Origin: an uncultured delta proteobacterium
Lineage (GTDB): Bacteria; Desulfobacterota; Syntrophia; Syntrophales; UBA2185
Length of the DNA: 64,000 bases
Direction of reading: 5' to 3'
NCBI GenBank assembly: GCA_963729715.1
Contig: CAVSPA010000004.1
Span: forward strand, 160,001-224,000
This document shows positions 52,941 to 62,900 of this stretch, one piece after another. The notes below the pieces were generated by a model. The model was not told where the DNA came from, did no database searches, and worked only from the letters and a program-made list of their open reading frames with translations. The translations under genes were made by a program, and so were the position numbers. Every line of letters starts with the position of its first letter. Positions within the stretch are counted from its first letter, which is position 1.

Positions 52941-53297
52941 TCGCTGCTCTCATCATGCTTCGCATCACGGCAGGGATGACGGCTTTAACGAAAATGTCTT
53001 TAAATACTGCTGGCCGGAAGTTATCATTCTTTACGACAGAGATATAACGCATAAAATTCAAGAGGGTCAGATACAAACTTATGCAGGAAAAGTAGAAGGA
53101 AATGGAATTGTTTCCAATGGTGACGCAAGAAACCTTCGCAAAACCTTAGCAACGAGAAGCGATGGTCACTTATGGATACTTGTAGATGAAGACGGCACAA
53201 GATTCTATAAGAACACCAAATCATGAAGAATGATCTTTATATTATGAACTTGTTGGAATCCATGGTGGCCTCATAATTTCAGGGTCGTAGTTAGGCA

Positions 53298-53711
53298 ATG
53301 AACTCGGAAAGATTAATATCCCGTCACCCTCTGAATAACGGCTTGGTCATGGAGTTTTGGGACTACTCCCGGCCGATAGCCGGCGACCGCTGGTTCGTGC
53401 TCCTCGAGGTCCGGATTGCCGTTCCGATTCGGCCCGACACCCTGCCGCCAGAACTGCGAGGGCAAGCCGACAAGGTCAAGGAGGCGCTAGGGGACGAGAT
53501 CATCTTCTCCCACAAAGACGAGCGCAACTTTATTGCTGCAACGGAGGCGCCCAGAATCCTCAAGAATATGCAGGGCAGGTTCTTGGGTATGGCGCCCGGT
53601 TACTTCGGGCATCCTGATTTTGCCGCCAGGTTCATCTGGGGAAAATTCGCGGAAAAGCAAGAACTGCAGCGCTGGCAGCGTTTAGATACCCGACGGGACG
53701 ATGACTCATAA
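53298..53711 (+). CDS. Hypothetical protein
   Basis: 137-aa ORF with coding-like composition (SRPIAGDRW, ERNFI, YFGHPDF). Confidence 0.65.
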   Translation: MNSERLISRHPLNNGLVMEFWDYSRPIAGDRWFVLLEVRIAVPIRPDTLPPELRGQADKVKEALGDEIIFSHKDERNFIAATEAPRILKNMQGRFLGMAPGYFGHPDFAARFIWGKFAEKQELQRWQRLDTRRDDDS

Positions 53712-53817
53712 CAGATACGGCTTGATCATAACTTTGATCTCCTTAGCCTTTGAGCCGAATTTCTCAAATGTTCAAGGCCATTGAGCTGTGTTCTCAGATA
53801 GTCACCGAAAGGATAGT

Positions 53818-54393
53818 ATGATGGATCAGAAAGTACACGATGCTGCAGAAAGGATCTTTCGCTCAAGATATGACGAGCTCACTGAACTGGAAAAGCATGT
53901 TGCTCATCATATAACGGAAAGAACCCCTATTTCAAGAAATGTCGTTCAAGACTTTTCCGAAAAATTTACTTTTGGCCAGAAGATGGCCGACAAGGTCGCT
54001 TCTTTCGGAGGCTCTTGGCTCTTCATTTCAATATTTATGGGTGTGATGGTTGTATGGATTCTCCTGAATTCATTTATCCTAATCAAGCTTAACAGCTCAT
54101 TTGATCCATATCCATACATTCTGCTGAATCTTGTTTTATCTATGCTTGCCGCCATTCAAGCTCCGGTTATTTTGATGTCTCAAAATCGACAGGCCTATAA
54201 GGATCGACTAAGTGCAGAACACGATTATGAAGTAAATTTAAAAGCAGAGCTTGAAATAATAGAACTTCATGAGAAAGTTGATTCACTCAGAGAGAAACAG
54301 TGGTGTGAGCTGATTTCAATTCAACAGGAACAGCTGAAACTTTTAAGACAATTACTTGAAGATCTAAAGACGAATCAGCAAAACACGGGTTAG
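53818..54393 (+). CDS. DUF1003 membrane protein
   Basis: ADKVASFGGSW, FDPYPYILLNL, QAPVILMSQNRQ, NLKAELEI. Confidence 0.9.
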   Translation: MMDQKVHDAAERIFRSRYDELTELEKHVAHHITERTPISRNVVQDFSEKFTFGQKMADKVASFGGSWLFISIFMGVMVVWILLNSFILIKLNSSFDPYPYILLNLVLSMLAAIQAPVILMSQNRQAYKDRLSAEHDYEVNLKAELEIIELHEKVDSLREKQWCELISIQQEQLKLLRQLLEDLKTNQQNTG

Positions 54394-54774
54394 AAAGCTT
54401 TCATCCTGACTTCTTTACTCTTATTTACAAAGCCGTTGTGCATACTCGTAGAGAGACGCAAAGCGCGGCCCTTCAACTTAGGCCTCTCCTTAGCTCAAGT
54501 TCTAGTGCTCTCTCACCTGCCTACAAAAATCACACATTTTATCGTTATATATTTAAGGACACCTGCGACGGCTCGAAGGCCGGTGCAGGCATTCATCCAT
54601 GTCATCGACCCGAAGTCTCTCTCCCTTGTAGTTCATCATCATGCCTTCCACTTGAAGAAGAATTAACAACATTCGCCTTGATTATTTCCCTCGATATGAT
54701 ATCAATCTACTCCCAACGCTCACATACAAACGCAATGTTTCACAATCTCACCTTGCAATATAAAAGGAGATTCG

Positions 54775-55287
54775 ATGCAGTCGTTGTCTGTTATAACCGC
54801 GCTCTTCTCTCTATGTTTTATCGTATCGTTCATATGTCTTGCATCAGCCGTTTATAAAAGATCACGACTCCTGATTCTTACCTTCAGTTTCATTGCCGTG
54901 GTCTTTGTTGCTCTTTTGACGGCTTCTTTAGCCAATCCTGGCTCACACCTTCATGCAAAAGTTGCATGGTTTGAAGTTGATTTTAAGACGCCTTCTCTAT
55001 CTGATAGACTCCTCGGCAAGAACCAGAACACTCTCGAAGCTCGCAATACTGATACGGAACATCCCAACTATGTCATCATTACCGCATCATCGACGCATCC
55101 TACTACCACTTCAGTTTTCAATTTTCCCATAGGCCAACAATATGTGAAACCCCTTTATCAATCACAAGACGGCAAGGAATTCTTATTCGGTGCAGCACTG
55201 CCCCCAGGTTACGAGCTTAGAGTAGCCACACCTCCTCAAGTTACAGTTATTGCGTCACCGGCATTTTCCAACTGGCCAAATAGATGA
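54775..55287 (+). CDS. Hypothetical membrane protein
   Basis: 170 aa, two N-terminal TM segments, SD AAGGAG. Confidence 0.55.
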   Translation: MQSLSVITALFSLCFIVSFICLASAVYKRSRLLILTFSFIAVVFVALLTASLANPGSHLHAKVAWFEVDFKTPSLSDRLLGKNQNTLEARNTDTEHPNYVIITASSTHPTTTSVFNFPIGQQYVKPLYQSQDGKEFLFGAALPPGYELRVATPPQVTVIASPAFSNWPNR

Positions 55288-55639
55288 CCGTCCTCGGATA
55301 ACCAACGATCCAGCCTCAAATTGGATTTCTACCATAAACCAGACCAAACAAAGCAAGAGAGAGCGTGACAGCATACCTCTGCGCCCTCCATCCCATCTTA
55401 TAATACGCAAAAGTAGCAACCTCTCTTAAGTACAGTAGCAAAGAGTCTCACAGAGTGAGAAAATCTCCATGCTCAAAAAAACCCTTACTGATATTGTTTT
55501 TCTTTTCTGGCTCAATTTATTACGATCGGGAACAACGCATTTTTTTGCAGTTGATTTTTTTTAAAAGTCTGCATAAAATTTAACAAGATTAGTAAGCGAG
55601 CATTAGGGCTCTGATAACGATCAGGGGAGGAGCGACATT

Positions 55640-57637
55640 ATAAAAAGAAAACTCCAAACAAAGGAGCAACTTCTCCTTGAGGTGGAAGAACTTCGGACGA
55701 GTCTTAATGCCATGGAGCTGCGCCTGCAGGAGGCCGACGAATTGTTGCAGGCTCAAATCGCCGAGCGTAAGCGCGCGGAGGAGACCTTTGAGCACTCTCA
55801 AGAATACACTGAGAGCATCGTGGAGACAATACGTGAACCCCTTATCGTACTTACCCCCGACCTGAAAGTCATCTCTGCAAATCGTTCCTTCTACGAAACC
55901 TTCCAGGTGTCGTCTGACGAGACTAGCGGGAAATTTATCTTTGATGTAGGCAACCACCAGTGGGATATTCCTGCATTGCGAAAGTTGTTAGAGGAAATTA
56001 TCCCTCAGAATACCCACTTTAATAATTTCGAGGTCGACCACGCATTCCCGCTCATTGGCCGAAAGAGAATGCTTCTCAACGCTCATCGGATCTATCGGGA
56101 AGGTAAAGGGACGGGTAGGATACTCCTCGTTTTTGAGGATATCACCGACCAGAAGCAGACGGAGGAGGCGCTCAAGAGTTCTGAAATGCGATACCGCCGT
56201 CTCTTCGAAACAGCTCAAGATGGAATATTAATCCTCGATGCCGAAACAGGACAAATATCTGATGTGAACCCATTCTTGGTAGAAATGTTGGGTTATTCGC
56301 ATGGGGACTTTTTAGGGAAGAAACTCTGGGAGATTGGGGCCGTTAAAGATATTGAAGCATCGAAGGCCGCCTTTTCGCAATTGCAGGGCAAAGGATATGT
56401 TCGCTACAAAGATTTGCCGCTTGAGACGAAAGACGGACGTCCACTGGACGTGGAATTTGTCAGCAACGTCTATCTGGTCAATCATCACAGAGTGATTCAG
56501 TGTAACATCCGCGATATCACCGAACGGAAACTTCTTGCCGAGTCTTTACAAGAATCTCACAACGATCTGGAACGACGAGTGGCGGAGCGAACGGTTGAAC
56601 TTCGGGCGGCCCTTTCTGAAATCAAAACAATGAAAGACCAACTGGAGGTGGAAAACATTTACTTCCGTCACGAGAACAAGATGAAACATCAATTTGAGCA
56701 CATTATCGGGCAAAGTGATGGTCTCAAGTACGTTCTCTATCGAGCGGAACAAGTTGCTCCGCTCAACACAACGGTCCTGATCCTTGGTGAAACTGGAACG
56801 GGAAAAGAGTTGATCGCTTTCGCGATCCATGACATGAGTCCCCGTAAGGAACGGCCCTTGATCACGGTCAACTGTGCTGCGTTGCCGGGCAATTTAATTG
56901 AGAGCGAATTGTTCGGCCGTGAGAAGGGGGCATTTACCGGGGCTGATACCAGACAGGTCGGCCGGTTCGAGGTCGCGCATGATTCCACTCTCTGCCTGGA
57001 CGAGATCGGCGAGCTGCCGCTGGAGGTGCAGGCAAAACTACTCCGGGTGATTCAGCATAACGAGTTCGAGCGCCTGGGATCGTCCCACACCGTCAAAGTC
57101 GATGTGCGGATCATAGCGACGACCAATCGAGACCTTGAAGAAGAGGTCCGCAAGGGCCGGTTTCGGCAGGACCTTTACTATCGGCTCAACGTCTTTCCTA
57201 TCACTGTCCCGCCACTACGGCAACGAAAGGAAGACGTCCCGCTGATGGTCCAGGCCTTCATATATCGGTACTCCAGGAAATTGGGCAAACAGATCACGTC
57301 GATCCAGAAGGATACGATGAAGGAGCTGCAGGATTACCCGTGGCCCGGGAACGTCCGGGAGCTGGAAAGCATCATTGAACGTGCCGTGATCTTGTGTTCC
57401 GGACCGGTTTTGCAGCTGGCAGATAAACTGGAGATTTCATCTCCCCCACTTTTATCCGCCGTGAGGACATTGGAGGAGACGGAGCGAAACCAAATTCTTA
57501 AGATCCTCTCTGAAACGAGATGGCGCATTGAGGGAAAGGACGGGGCGGCCGCGATCCTGGGCCTTCACCCGAGTACTTTAAGAGCAAGGATGTATAAGCT
57601 CGGGATAGTCAGGCCGGAGATAAAAGAACCGGGGTAG
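55640..57637 (+). CDS. PAS-PAS-AAA+-Fis sigma54-dependent activator
   Basis: [31 protein letters not shown]; frame opens to ATA 55640 after SD GGAGG; first canonical start is GTG 55682. Confidence 0.9.
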   Translation: MKRKLQTKEQLLLEVEELRTSLNAMELRLQEADELLQAQIAERKRAEETFEHSQEYTESIVETIREPLIVLTPDLKVISANRSFYETFQVSSDETSGKFIFDVGNHQWDIPALRKLLEEIIPQNTHFNNFEVDHAFPLIGRKRMLLNAHRIYREGKGTGRILLVFEDITDQKQTEEALKSSEMRYRRLFETAQDGILILDAETGQISDVNPFLVEMLGYSHGDFLGKKLWEIGAVKDIEASKAAFSQLQGKGYVRYKDLPLETKDGRPLDVEFVSNVYLVNHHRVIQCNIRDITERKLLAESLQESHNDLERRVAERTVELRAALSEIKTMKDQLEVENIYFRHENKMKHQFEHIIGQSDGLKYVLYRAEQVAPLNTTVLILGETGTGKELIAFAIHDMSPRKERPLITVNCAALPGNLIESELFGREKGAFTGADTRQVGRFEVAHDSTLCLDEIGELPLEVQAKLLRVIQHNEFERLGSSHTVKVDVRIIATTNRDLEEEVRKGRFRQDLYYRLNVFPITVPPLRQRKEDVPLMVQAFIYRYSRKLGKQITSIQKDTMKELQDYPWPGNVRELESIIERAVILCSGPVLQLADKLEISSPPLLSAVRTLEETERNQILKILSETRWRIEGKDGAAAILGLHPSTLRARMYKLGIVRPEIKEPG

Positions 57638-57789
57638 ACCGTCCACCCTTTTTCATAGTATCCCTCAGTATGTTGAGGTTCCACCAAATACTAAGGCCAA
57701 ACGAATCATTTCATACTTCTTTGCTATTCTCTCCTGTCAATCCTATCACCTGTTATTAAAGCATGAATCAAAACTTATGATTTCCTTTC

Positions 57790-58280
57790 TTTAAGAATTG
57801 AGTATAATACGTTGCATGACTCTCAAACGAATGAGCCATGCAGTTTATGATAGGAGATACCATCTTGTATGGGCACCGAAGTATCGCGAGTGGATATTGA
57901 GGGAAAAGGTACGCGAAGCGGTAAAGGAATTGTTTCAAGAGATACTGGCAGCACGAGACTGTGAGATAGTGGAGATGGAGATAGCGGAGGATCATGTTCA
58001 CATATTTACGAGTATACCACCCAGATATTCTGTTGGAGAGATAGTGAGGATTCTGAAGAGCGTGAGTGCACGAGAAATCTTTGTGAGATATCCGGAGGTA
58101 AAGAGAGAGCTGTGGGGTGGAGAATTTTGGGAAGATGGCTATTTTGTTAGGACAGTTGGAGACAAAGTAACCAGTGATACGATAAAGAGGTATATACAGT
58201 ATCATAAGCATGAAGAAAAGACTCCCAAGCAGTTGGATTTTGAGTTTTAATGCCCCGTGCGGAAGCGCGGGGTTCTTTAC
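57790..58280 (+). mobile_element. IS200-type insertion sequence (tnpA only)
   Basis: Absent from the paralogous promoter copy; 3' hairpin CCCCGTGC-GGAA-GCGCGGGG then TTCTTTAC; no target duplication. Confidence 0.88.
57816..58250 (+). CDS. tnpA: IS200/IS605-family Y1 (HUH) transposase
   Basis: YHLVWAPKYR, EDHVH (HUH), FWEDGYFVRTVG, IKRYIQ catalytic Tyr. Confidence 0.95.
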   Translation: MTLKRMSHAVYDRRYHLVWAPKYREWILREKVREAVKELFQEILAARDCEIVEMEIAEDHVHIFTSIPPRYSVGEIVRILKSVSAREIFVRYPEVKRELWGGEFWEDGYFVRTVGDKVTSDTIKRYIQYHKHEEKTPKQLDFEF

Positions 58281-58388
58281 CTATTGGCAGGCCATTTGCT
58301 ATTACAGTGAATAAATGAAAAAGCGCTGGCTAATGTAAAAGGATTCGGATCAGGCTAACTGTTTTTTTAAGTATGCCTCAAACAAAGA

Positions 58389-58545
58389 ATCCCTCAGCAT
58401 GTTGAGGTTCCACCAAATACTGAGGCTAAACGAATCATTGCATACTTTTCCCCTATTCACTCCCATTAATCTAACCACCTGTTATTAAAGAATGAATCAA
58501 AACTTATGATTTTCTTTCGGCTATTGGCAGGCCAATTGCTATTAC
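58389..58545 (+). promoter_or_regulatory. Sigma54 enhancer-promoter module copy 2 (intact)
   Basis: Ungapped paralog of 57660-57789 plus 58281-58305; -24/-12 TGGCAGGCCAATTGC at 58525-58539. Confidence 0.8.
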
Positions 58546-58552
58546 GATTGTC

Positions 58553-58858
58553 ATGATCCTTGTAATCATAAGAATGAAGGTCCTCTCCGAGAAGCGCATG
58601 GAGTTGTCACAGACGATTACGTTACTGTCGGGTTCCATAAAGATGGAGAAGGGATGCCAGCGCTGCGACTTCTGTGAGAGTATCGAGGATGAAAATCGAC
58701 TCTTTCTTCTTGAAGAATGGGATACCCAAGAGAACCTTATGACCCACCTCAAGTCGGAGCATTTTAGGGTGCTCCGGGGGGCGATGAGCCTTCTCAAAGA
58801 GCCGTATGAAAGGGTGTTCCACACGGTCTTCCACCCGGCGGGGATGGATGAGACTTAA
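58553..58858 (+). CDS. Antibiotic biosynthesis monooxygenase (ABM)-family protein
   Basis: EKGCQRC, LLEEWDTQE, HLKSEHF. Confidence 0.8.
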   Translation: MILVIIRMKVLSEKRMELSQTITLLSGSIKMEKGCQRCDFCESIEDENRLFLLEEWDTQENLMTHLKSEHFRVLRGAMSLLKEPYERVFHTVFHPAGMDET

Positions 58859-58975
58859 TCGAAGGTCGGATGACTGTGCTGCAGAGGCGGAACGTTAAGT
58901 GGATCACGGCCGGAAAACTATCGCTTGAAACAAAATAGCCCAGCAATCAAATCAAAATCCTAAAGGATGAATACC

Positions 58976-59155
58976 ATGAAATCCAGCACGAAAAATCAGG
59001 TGGAAGGCACGTTTCACCAAATGAAGGGTAAGATCAAGGAGGTGGCCGGGAAACTCAGCGATAATAATGACATGGAAGGCGAAGGCACCGGTGAAAAGAT
59101 ATGCGGCAAAGTTCAGGAAAACATCGGCCAAGTCAAGAATGTCCTGGGTAATTGA
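58976..59155 (+). CDS. CsbD-family stress protein
   Basis: EGTFHQMKGKIKEVAGKLSDN..MEGEG..EKI.GKVQE.IG. Confidence 0.88.
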   Translation: MKSSTKNQVEGTFHQMKGKIKEVAGKLSDNNDMEGEGTGEKICGKVQENIGQVKNVLGN

Positions 59156-59220
59156 ACAGTGGGACGTCGTCGGCTTGAATAATTTTTTAACTAACGCATT
59201 AGAATAAGAGGAGGAAGAAA

Positions 59221-59775
59221 ATGAAACAAGCAAGAGTCAAAATCTTTTTCGTAGCGTGCATGGCCTTGATTATAGGAAGCATCCCGGTTTTCTCTTACGC
59301 GGCCACGGCCGGCGAGATCGATGCCAGCGTAAATGCATCCCTCGATAGATTTGTCAAGGAAGTCAAAGGTGCGAAGGAGTTTCTTAACGCAGCCAAGGGG
59401 GTCCTTATCATCCCCAAAGTTATACAAGGCGGGCTTGTGGTAGGCGCAGAGTATGGCGAGGGAGCCTTAAGGATCAGAGGGAAAACGGTCGCTTACTATA
59501 GCATCGCTTCCGGGTCTTTCGGTTATCAGATTGGAGCTCAGGAGAAGGACATCATAATTGTCTTCATGAATCAAGCTGTTTTGAAGAAATTCCGTACCAG
59601 TGAAGACTGGCAAGCGGGTGTTGACGCCAAGGTAACCGTGGTTAATGTCGGCGCCGATGAATCTTTGAACACGACAAAATTCAAGCAACCTGTCATCGGG
59701 TTTGTCTTTGGCCAGAAAGGGCTTATGGCCGGCGCCACGATAGAAGGTTCTAAATTTACCAAACTGAAAAAGTAA
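59221..59775 (+). CDS. Ysc84/SYLF-like exported lipid-binding protein
   Basis: AKGVLIIP, GGLVVGAEYGEGAL, SFGYQIGAQ, GLMAGATIEGSKF. Confidence 0.85.
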   Translation: MKQARVKIFFVACMALIIGSIPVFSYAATAGEIDASVNASLDRFVKEVKGAKEFLNAAKGVLIIPKVIQGGLVVGAEYGEGALRIRGKTVAYYSIASGSFGYQIGAQEKDIIIVFMNQAVLKKFRTSEDWQAGVDAKVTVVNVGADESLNTTKFKQPVIGFVFGQKGLMAGATIEGSKFTKLKK

Positions 59776-59958
59776 AGAGCCATGAAAGCGGTCAACTGAG
59801 GAGAGCTGCCCGACGCTGCCAGATTAATTTGCTGCCGGCCGAGGGTAGTCCCCTCCAGTTAAGAATAGGAATGTCAAATTCAATCAATTTAATAATTTTG
59901 TTCATAACTTCTTAGCGTGTGCAAGCGCTAAAGACTAAACTTATTGAGGAGACAGATC

Positions 59959-60438
59959 ATGAAGCAAAAAGCTTTACCAGTTATACTCGTTGTTGTGATG
60001 GTGGCGTTTCTATCCACTATCTTTTTCGTCAATGCAAATCTTTCTTTTGCTGCCGCAGGCAAGAAATCACCGGCAGTTGCTAAAACCTCTGCTGTCGAGC
60101 AAACCGAGGCCCGCATCAAACAGCTTCAAGCGGCGCTAAAGATCACCGAGGATCAGAAAGAATTATGGGATAACCTTACGCAGGTGATGCGGGAAAATGC
60201 GAAAGACATGGACACCCTTACGGATACCCTTGCCAAGGAGAGGACAGAAGGCACCAAGACCATGAACGCTGTTGAGCATATGAAATTACACAGCCAAATT
60301 ACGGAAGTGCATTTAGCTCAACTGCAGAAGTTCATCCCGCCTTTCGAGGCCCTCTACGACAGTATGTCGGATGAGCAGAAGAGGACTACCAATACAATAT
60401 TCAGCACAGGGAGATTTGGGAAAAACAAGAAGAAATGA
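59959..60438 (+). CDS. Spy/CpxP (LTXXQ) family periplasmic chaperone
   Basis: Signal peptide, LKITEDQ, LYDSMSDEQK. Confidence 0.8.
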   Translation: MKQKALPVILVVVMVAFLSTIFFVNANLSFAAAGKKSPAVAKTSAVEQTEARIKQLQAALKITEDQKELWDNLTQVMRENAKDMDTLTDTLAKERTEGTKTMNAVEHMKLHSQITEVHLAQLQKFIPPFEALYDSMSDEQKRTTNTIFSTGRFGKNKKK

Positions 60439-60507
60439 TCGGTACTATACAACTAAAGATTGTTGCCAAGAAGGCGATTGAAATCTATCCAAGAACGGAG
60501 TGACTAT

Positions 60508-60810
60508 ATGAAAACATCAAGTACGTGGAATTTTAGATCCATCGTGGGCAAGATTATGATGGTGCTTGTTTTAGCCGCAATGATCGGCAGTATAGACGTG
60601 GCACCGGCTCTCGGCAAGGATGACCATAAAGATAAGGGAAGACATGACAATGGCCGTAAAGAGATAAGAGGCCGTGGGTACGACCGCAACCGCCATGACA
60701 GGCGTGATTACCGGCCTTATGCCTACGGATATGCCCCGCCGCCGGTCATCTATGCACCGCCTCCACAGCCGGGCATTAGTATCTTCTTTCCTCCTATCGT
60801 TATTCGCTAA
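60508..60810 (+). CDS. Hypothetical exported low-complexity protein
   Basis: Signal peptide, H/D/R-rich middle, YAPPP repeats. Confidence 0.65.
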   Translation: MKTSSTWNFRSIVGKIMMVLVLAAMIGSIDVAPALGKDDHKDKGRHDNGRKEIRGRGYDRNRHDRRDYRPYAYGYAPPPVIYAPPPQPGISIFFPPIVIR

Positions 60811-60916
60811 GGAGATGCCTCTATGTCGGCAGCCCGGCGTTCAAGCTGACTTCATCTGGGCTGTCGCAAGTAATGCATTTTGTTATAAATGAACGGACAG
60901 CAGAAAGGGGAATCGC

Positions 60917-61066
60917 ATGTTGTGGACAATTGCTGTGGTGCTGGTAATTTTGTGGCTGCTGGGATTAGTGAGTGGCTATACGATGGGTAACTTTATTCAT
61001 ATCCTGCTGGTCATCGCCATTGTCATCGTGCTGGTCAGAGTAATCCAGGGGCGAAGACCCCTTTAG
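60917..61066 (+). CDS. lmo0937-like small membrane protein (second copy; not in ORF track)
   Basis: MLWTIAVVLVILWLLGLVSGYTMGNFIHILLVIAIVIVLVRVIQGRRPL, SD AGGGG. Confidence 0.85.
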   Translation: MLWTIAVVLVILWLLGLVSGYTMGNFIHILLVIAIVIVLVRVIQGRRPL

Positions 61067-61188
61067 AGCGGGAGAAGACATACCGGGGTAAAATATCGTA
61101 GTTTCGGAAGTTCCGCAAATTAAGAAGTTGCGCAGAGTAGAAGTACAAATGAACCTTAACAGCTTTAAGATGTAAAGGAGACCATATT

Positions 61189-62388
61189 ATGAAAAGAATA
61201 GGTTATGGATTAATTTTTATGTTGATTTTTTGCGGACTGTTAACCAGTTGCGCGACATTTAGGCCGGTTGATCTTAACCCGCAGATTAAGTCAGGGCAAT
61301 TGGTTCAAAAGGCGAACAATTTCGTTGTCCTCTTTGACAAATCTGCTTCCATGGGTAATTCGAAGAAAACGGAGATGGCAGTCGAACCGCTGTCGGAGAA
61401 CGTAGGTGAATCCAGTCGTCTGGTACTTGCGAAGGATACTACAAAAAACATGATAGCGACGATTCCAGAAATCAGGCTGAACGCAGGGCTCAGAACCTTC
61501 TGGTCCCAGGAAACTGCTCTTATTTATGGAATGCAATCCCTTGTCAAAGAAGACTATACGAAGGCAATAAACACTATCGGACATGTCAAGGGTGCAACAC
61601 CCATGGGAAAGGCTATTACTGCAGCAGGCAATGATCTCAAAGGAGCGCCGGGTAATTCGGCCATTATTATTGTCAGTGATTTTTCTGAAATTCCGGGTGT
61701 TGATGACATCCGGCCCGCAACTGTCATGGAGGCCATAACCAAAGTAAACGCTGATTACGGCGACAAGCTCTGCGTTTATGCCATTCAGGTAGGATATACT
61801 TCCGATGGGAAAGAACTTTCAGAACAGATTGTGCAGAACGTTATAGGCGGCTATACCGTAAATGCCGACAAACTGGCAACCCCGGCTGCTATGGCCGCTT
61901 TTGTGGGGAAAATAATCTCCGGCAATTGTTCTCGGTATAAAGAGCTTGCTGCAAAGAAGGTCGTTGTCCTTGCGACTGAGCCGATGGTCGAGGAGAAGGT
62001 CGTTGCCGCGGCGGCGGAAGAAAAGGTTATTATCCTTGCGTTTGAGGACGTGCATTTTGATTTCGATAAGTCGACCCTTAAGCCGGAAGCGCAGACGATC
62101 CTAAAAAAGAATATCCAGCTTCTGAAAGATAATCCTAAATCCAAGGTCCGCATTGCAGGGTATACATCTGCTTCCGGCACTGAGGCCTACAACCAGAAGT
62201 TAAGCGAAAGAAGGGCAAAATCTGTCCAGGAATACCTCATTAACGAAGGCGGCATTGCACCAGAGAGGCTTTCCACAATCGGCTATGGCGAGACAAACCC
62301 GGCGATGTACGAAGCGGCGCCTAAAGAGCTTTACTCAAAAGCAGCAAAGGCAAACATGCGAGTTCTTTTTGAAATCAGCGTGCAATAG
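61189..62388 (+). CDS. OmpA-family lipoprotein with vWA-like domain
   Basis: Lipobox LTSC, VLFDKSASM, IIVSD, VHFDFDKS, YNQKLSERRA, GYGE. Confidence 0.88.
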   Translation: MKRIGYGLIFMLIFCGLLTSCATFRPVDLNPQIKSGQLVQKANNFVVLFDKSASMGNSKKTEMAVEPLSENVGESSRLVLAKDTTKNMIATIPEIRLNAGLRTFWSQETALIYGMQSLVKEDYTKAINTIGHVKGATPMGKAITAAGNDLKGAPGNSAIIIVSDFSEIPGVDDIRPATVMEAITKVNADYGDKLCVYAIQVGYTSDGKELSEQIVQNVIGGYTVNADKLATPAAMAAFVGKIISGNCSRYKELAAKKVVVLATEPMVEEKVVAAAAEEKVIILAFEDVHFDFDKSTLKPEAQTILKKNIQLLKDNPKSKVRIAGYTSASGTEAYNQKLSERRAKSVQEYLINEGGIAPERLSTIGYGETNPAMYEAAPKELYSKAAKANMRVLFEISVQ

Positions 62389-62549
62389 GAACATAAAGTG
62401 AAGGGCCAGGAGACGGGTTTTTTTATTTCTGGAGGAATAAAAGCCCTGACCAAGTGATTATGTAAAATTGACCAACTATGTAGATGGGCGGTGCTGTAAA
62501 TAACGTCCGATCCAGGCACTAAAGCTCTTCAGAAAGAGGAGGTGTTGTA

Positions 62550-62741
62550 ATGATTGAATTTAAAATTGGAGATGTTGTTGCACTTAAGAGGAGTCTCGAC
62601 AGAATGACTGTAACAGGTGAAGCCATAGGAGATCCATATATACATGCTTATCAATGTGTGTGGATGGATAGTAAAGATCCGAAGCACGAATGGTTTTATG
62701 AGTCAGAGACTTTAAAGCTATTAGGACATGCTAAAAAGTAG
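62550..62741 (+). CDS. YodC/DUF2158-like small protein
   Basis: FKIGDVVALK..MTV..CVW pattern, SD GGAGG. Confidence 0.7.
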   Translation: MIEFKIGDVVALKRSLDRMTVTGEAIGDPYIHAYQCVWMDSKDPKHEWFYESETLKLLGHAKK

Positions 62742-62900
62742 CCGTACTCCAAGAAGTTTTTAAAACATTTGGAGTTAATGTCTAAATTGATGACCTTAAA
62801 AAAAGGCAGAACCAGAAATGGCGAGCCGATAGCTTAACGTGTTGAAAAAGTGTTTAACATTTATCCCCCTACGAGGTAGAATCTGGTAGGGGGAATTTTT

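Larger units (their letters stand above)
57660..58305 (+). promoter_or_regulatory. Sigma54 enhancer-promoter module copy 1 (split by IS200-type insertion)
   Basis: CCTCA-N6-TGAGG palindrome at 57663; -24/-12 TGGCAGGCCATTTGC at 58285-58299. Confidence 0.75.

Noticed and set aside
52867..53226. 119-aa ORF as a real gene
   Set aside because: It looks chimeric: a kinase C-terminal fragment running into unrelated sequence.
53291..53760. Integron cassette (GTTAGGC before ATG 53298, TAAC at the stop)
   Set aside because: No complete attC ending in GTTRRRY downstream, no repeated sites and no intI in the window.
57660..58545. CRISPR-like repeats
   Set aside because: Only two long copies with promoter features; no repeat-spacer periodicity and no cas genes.
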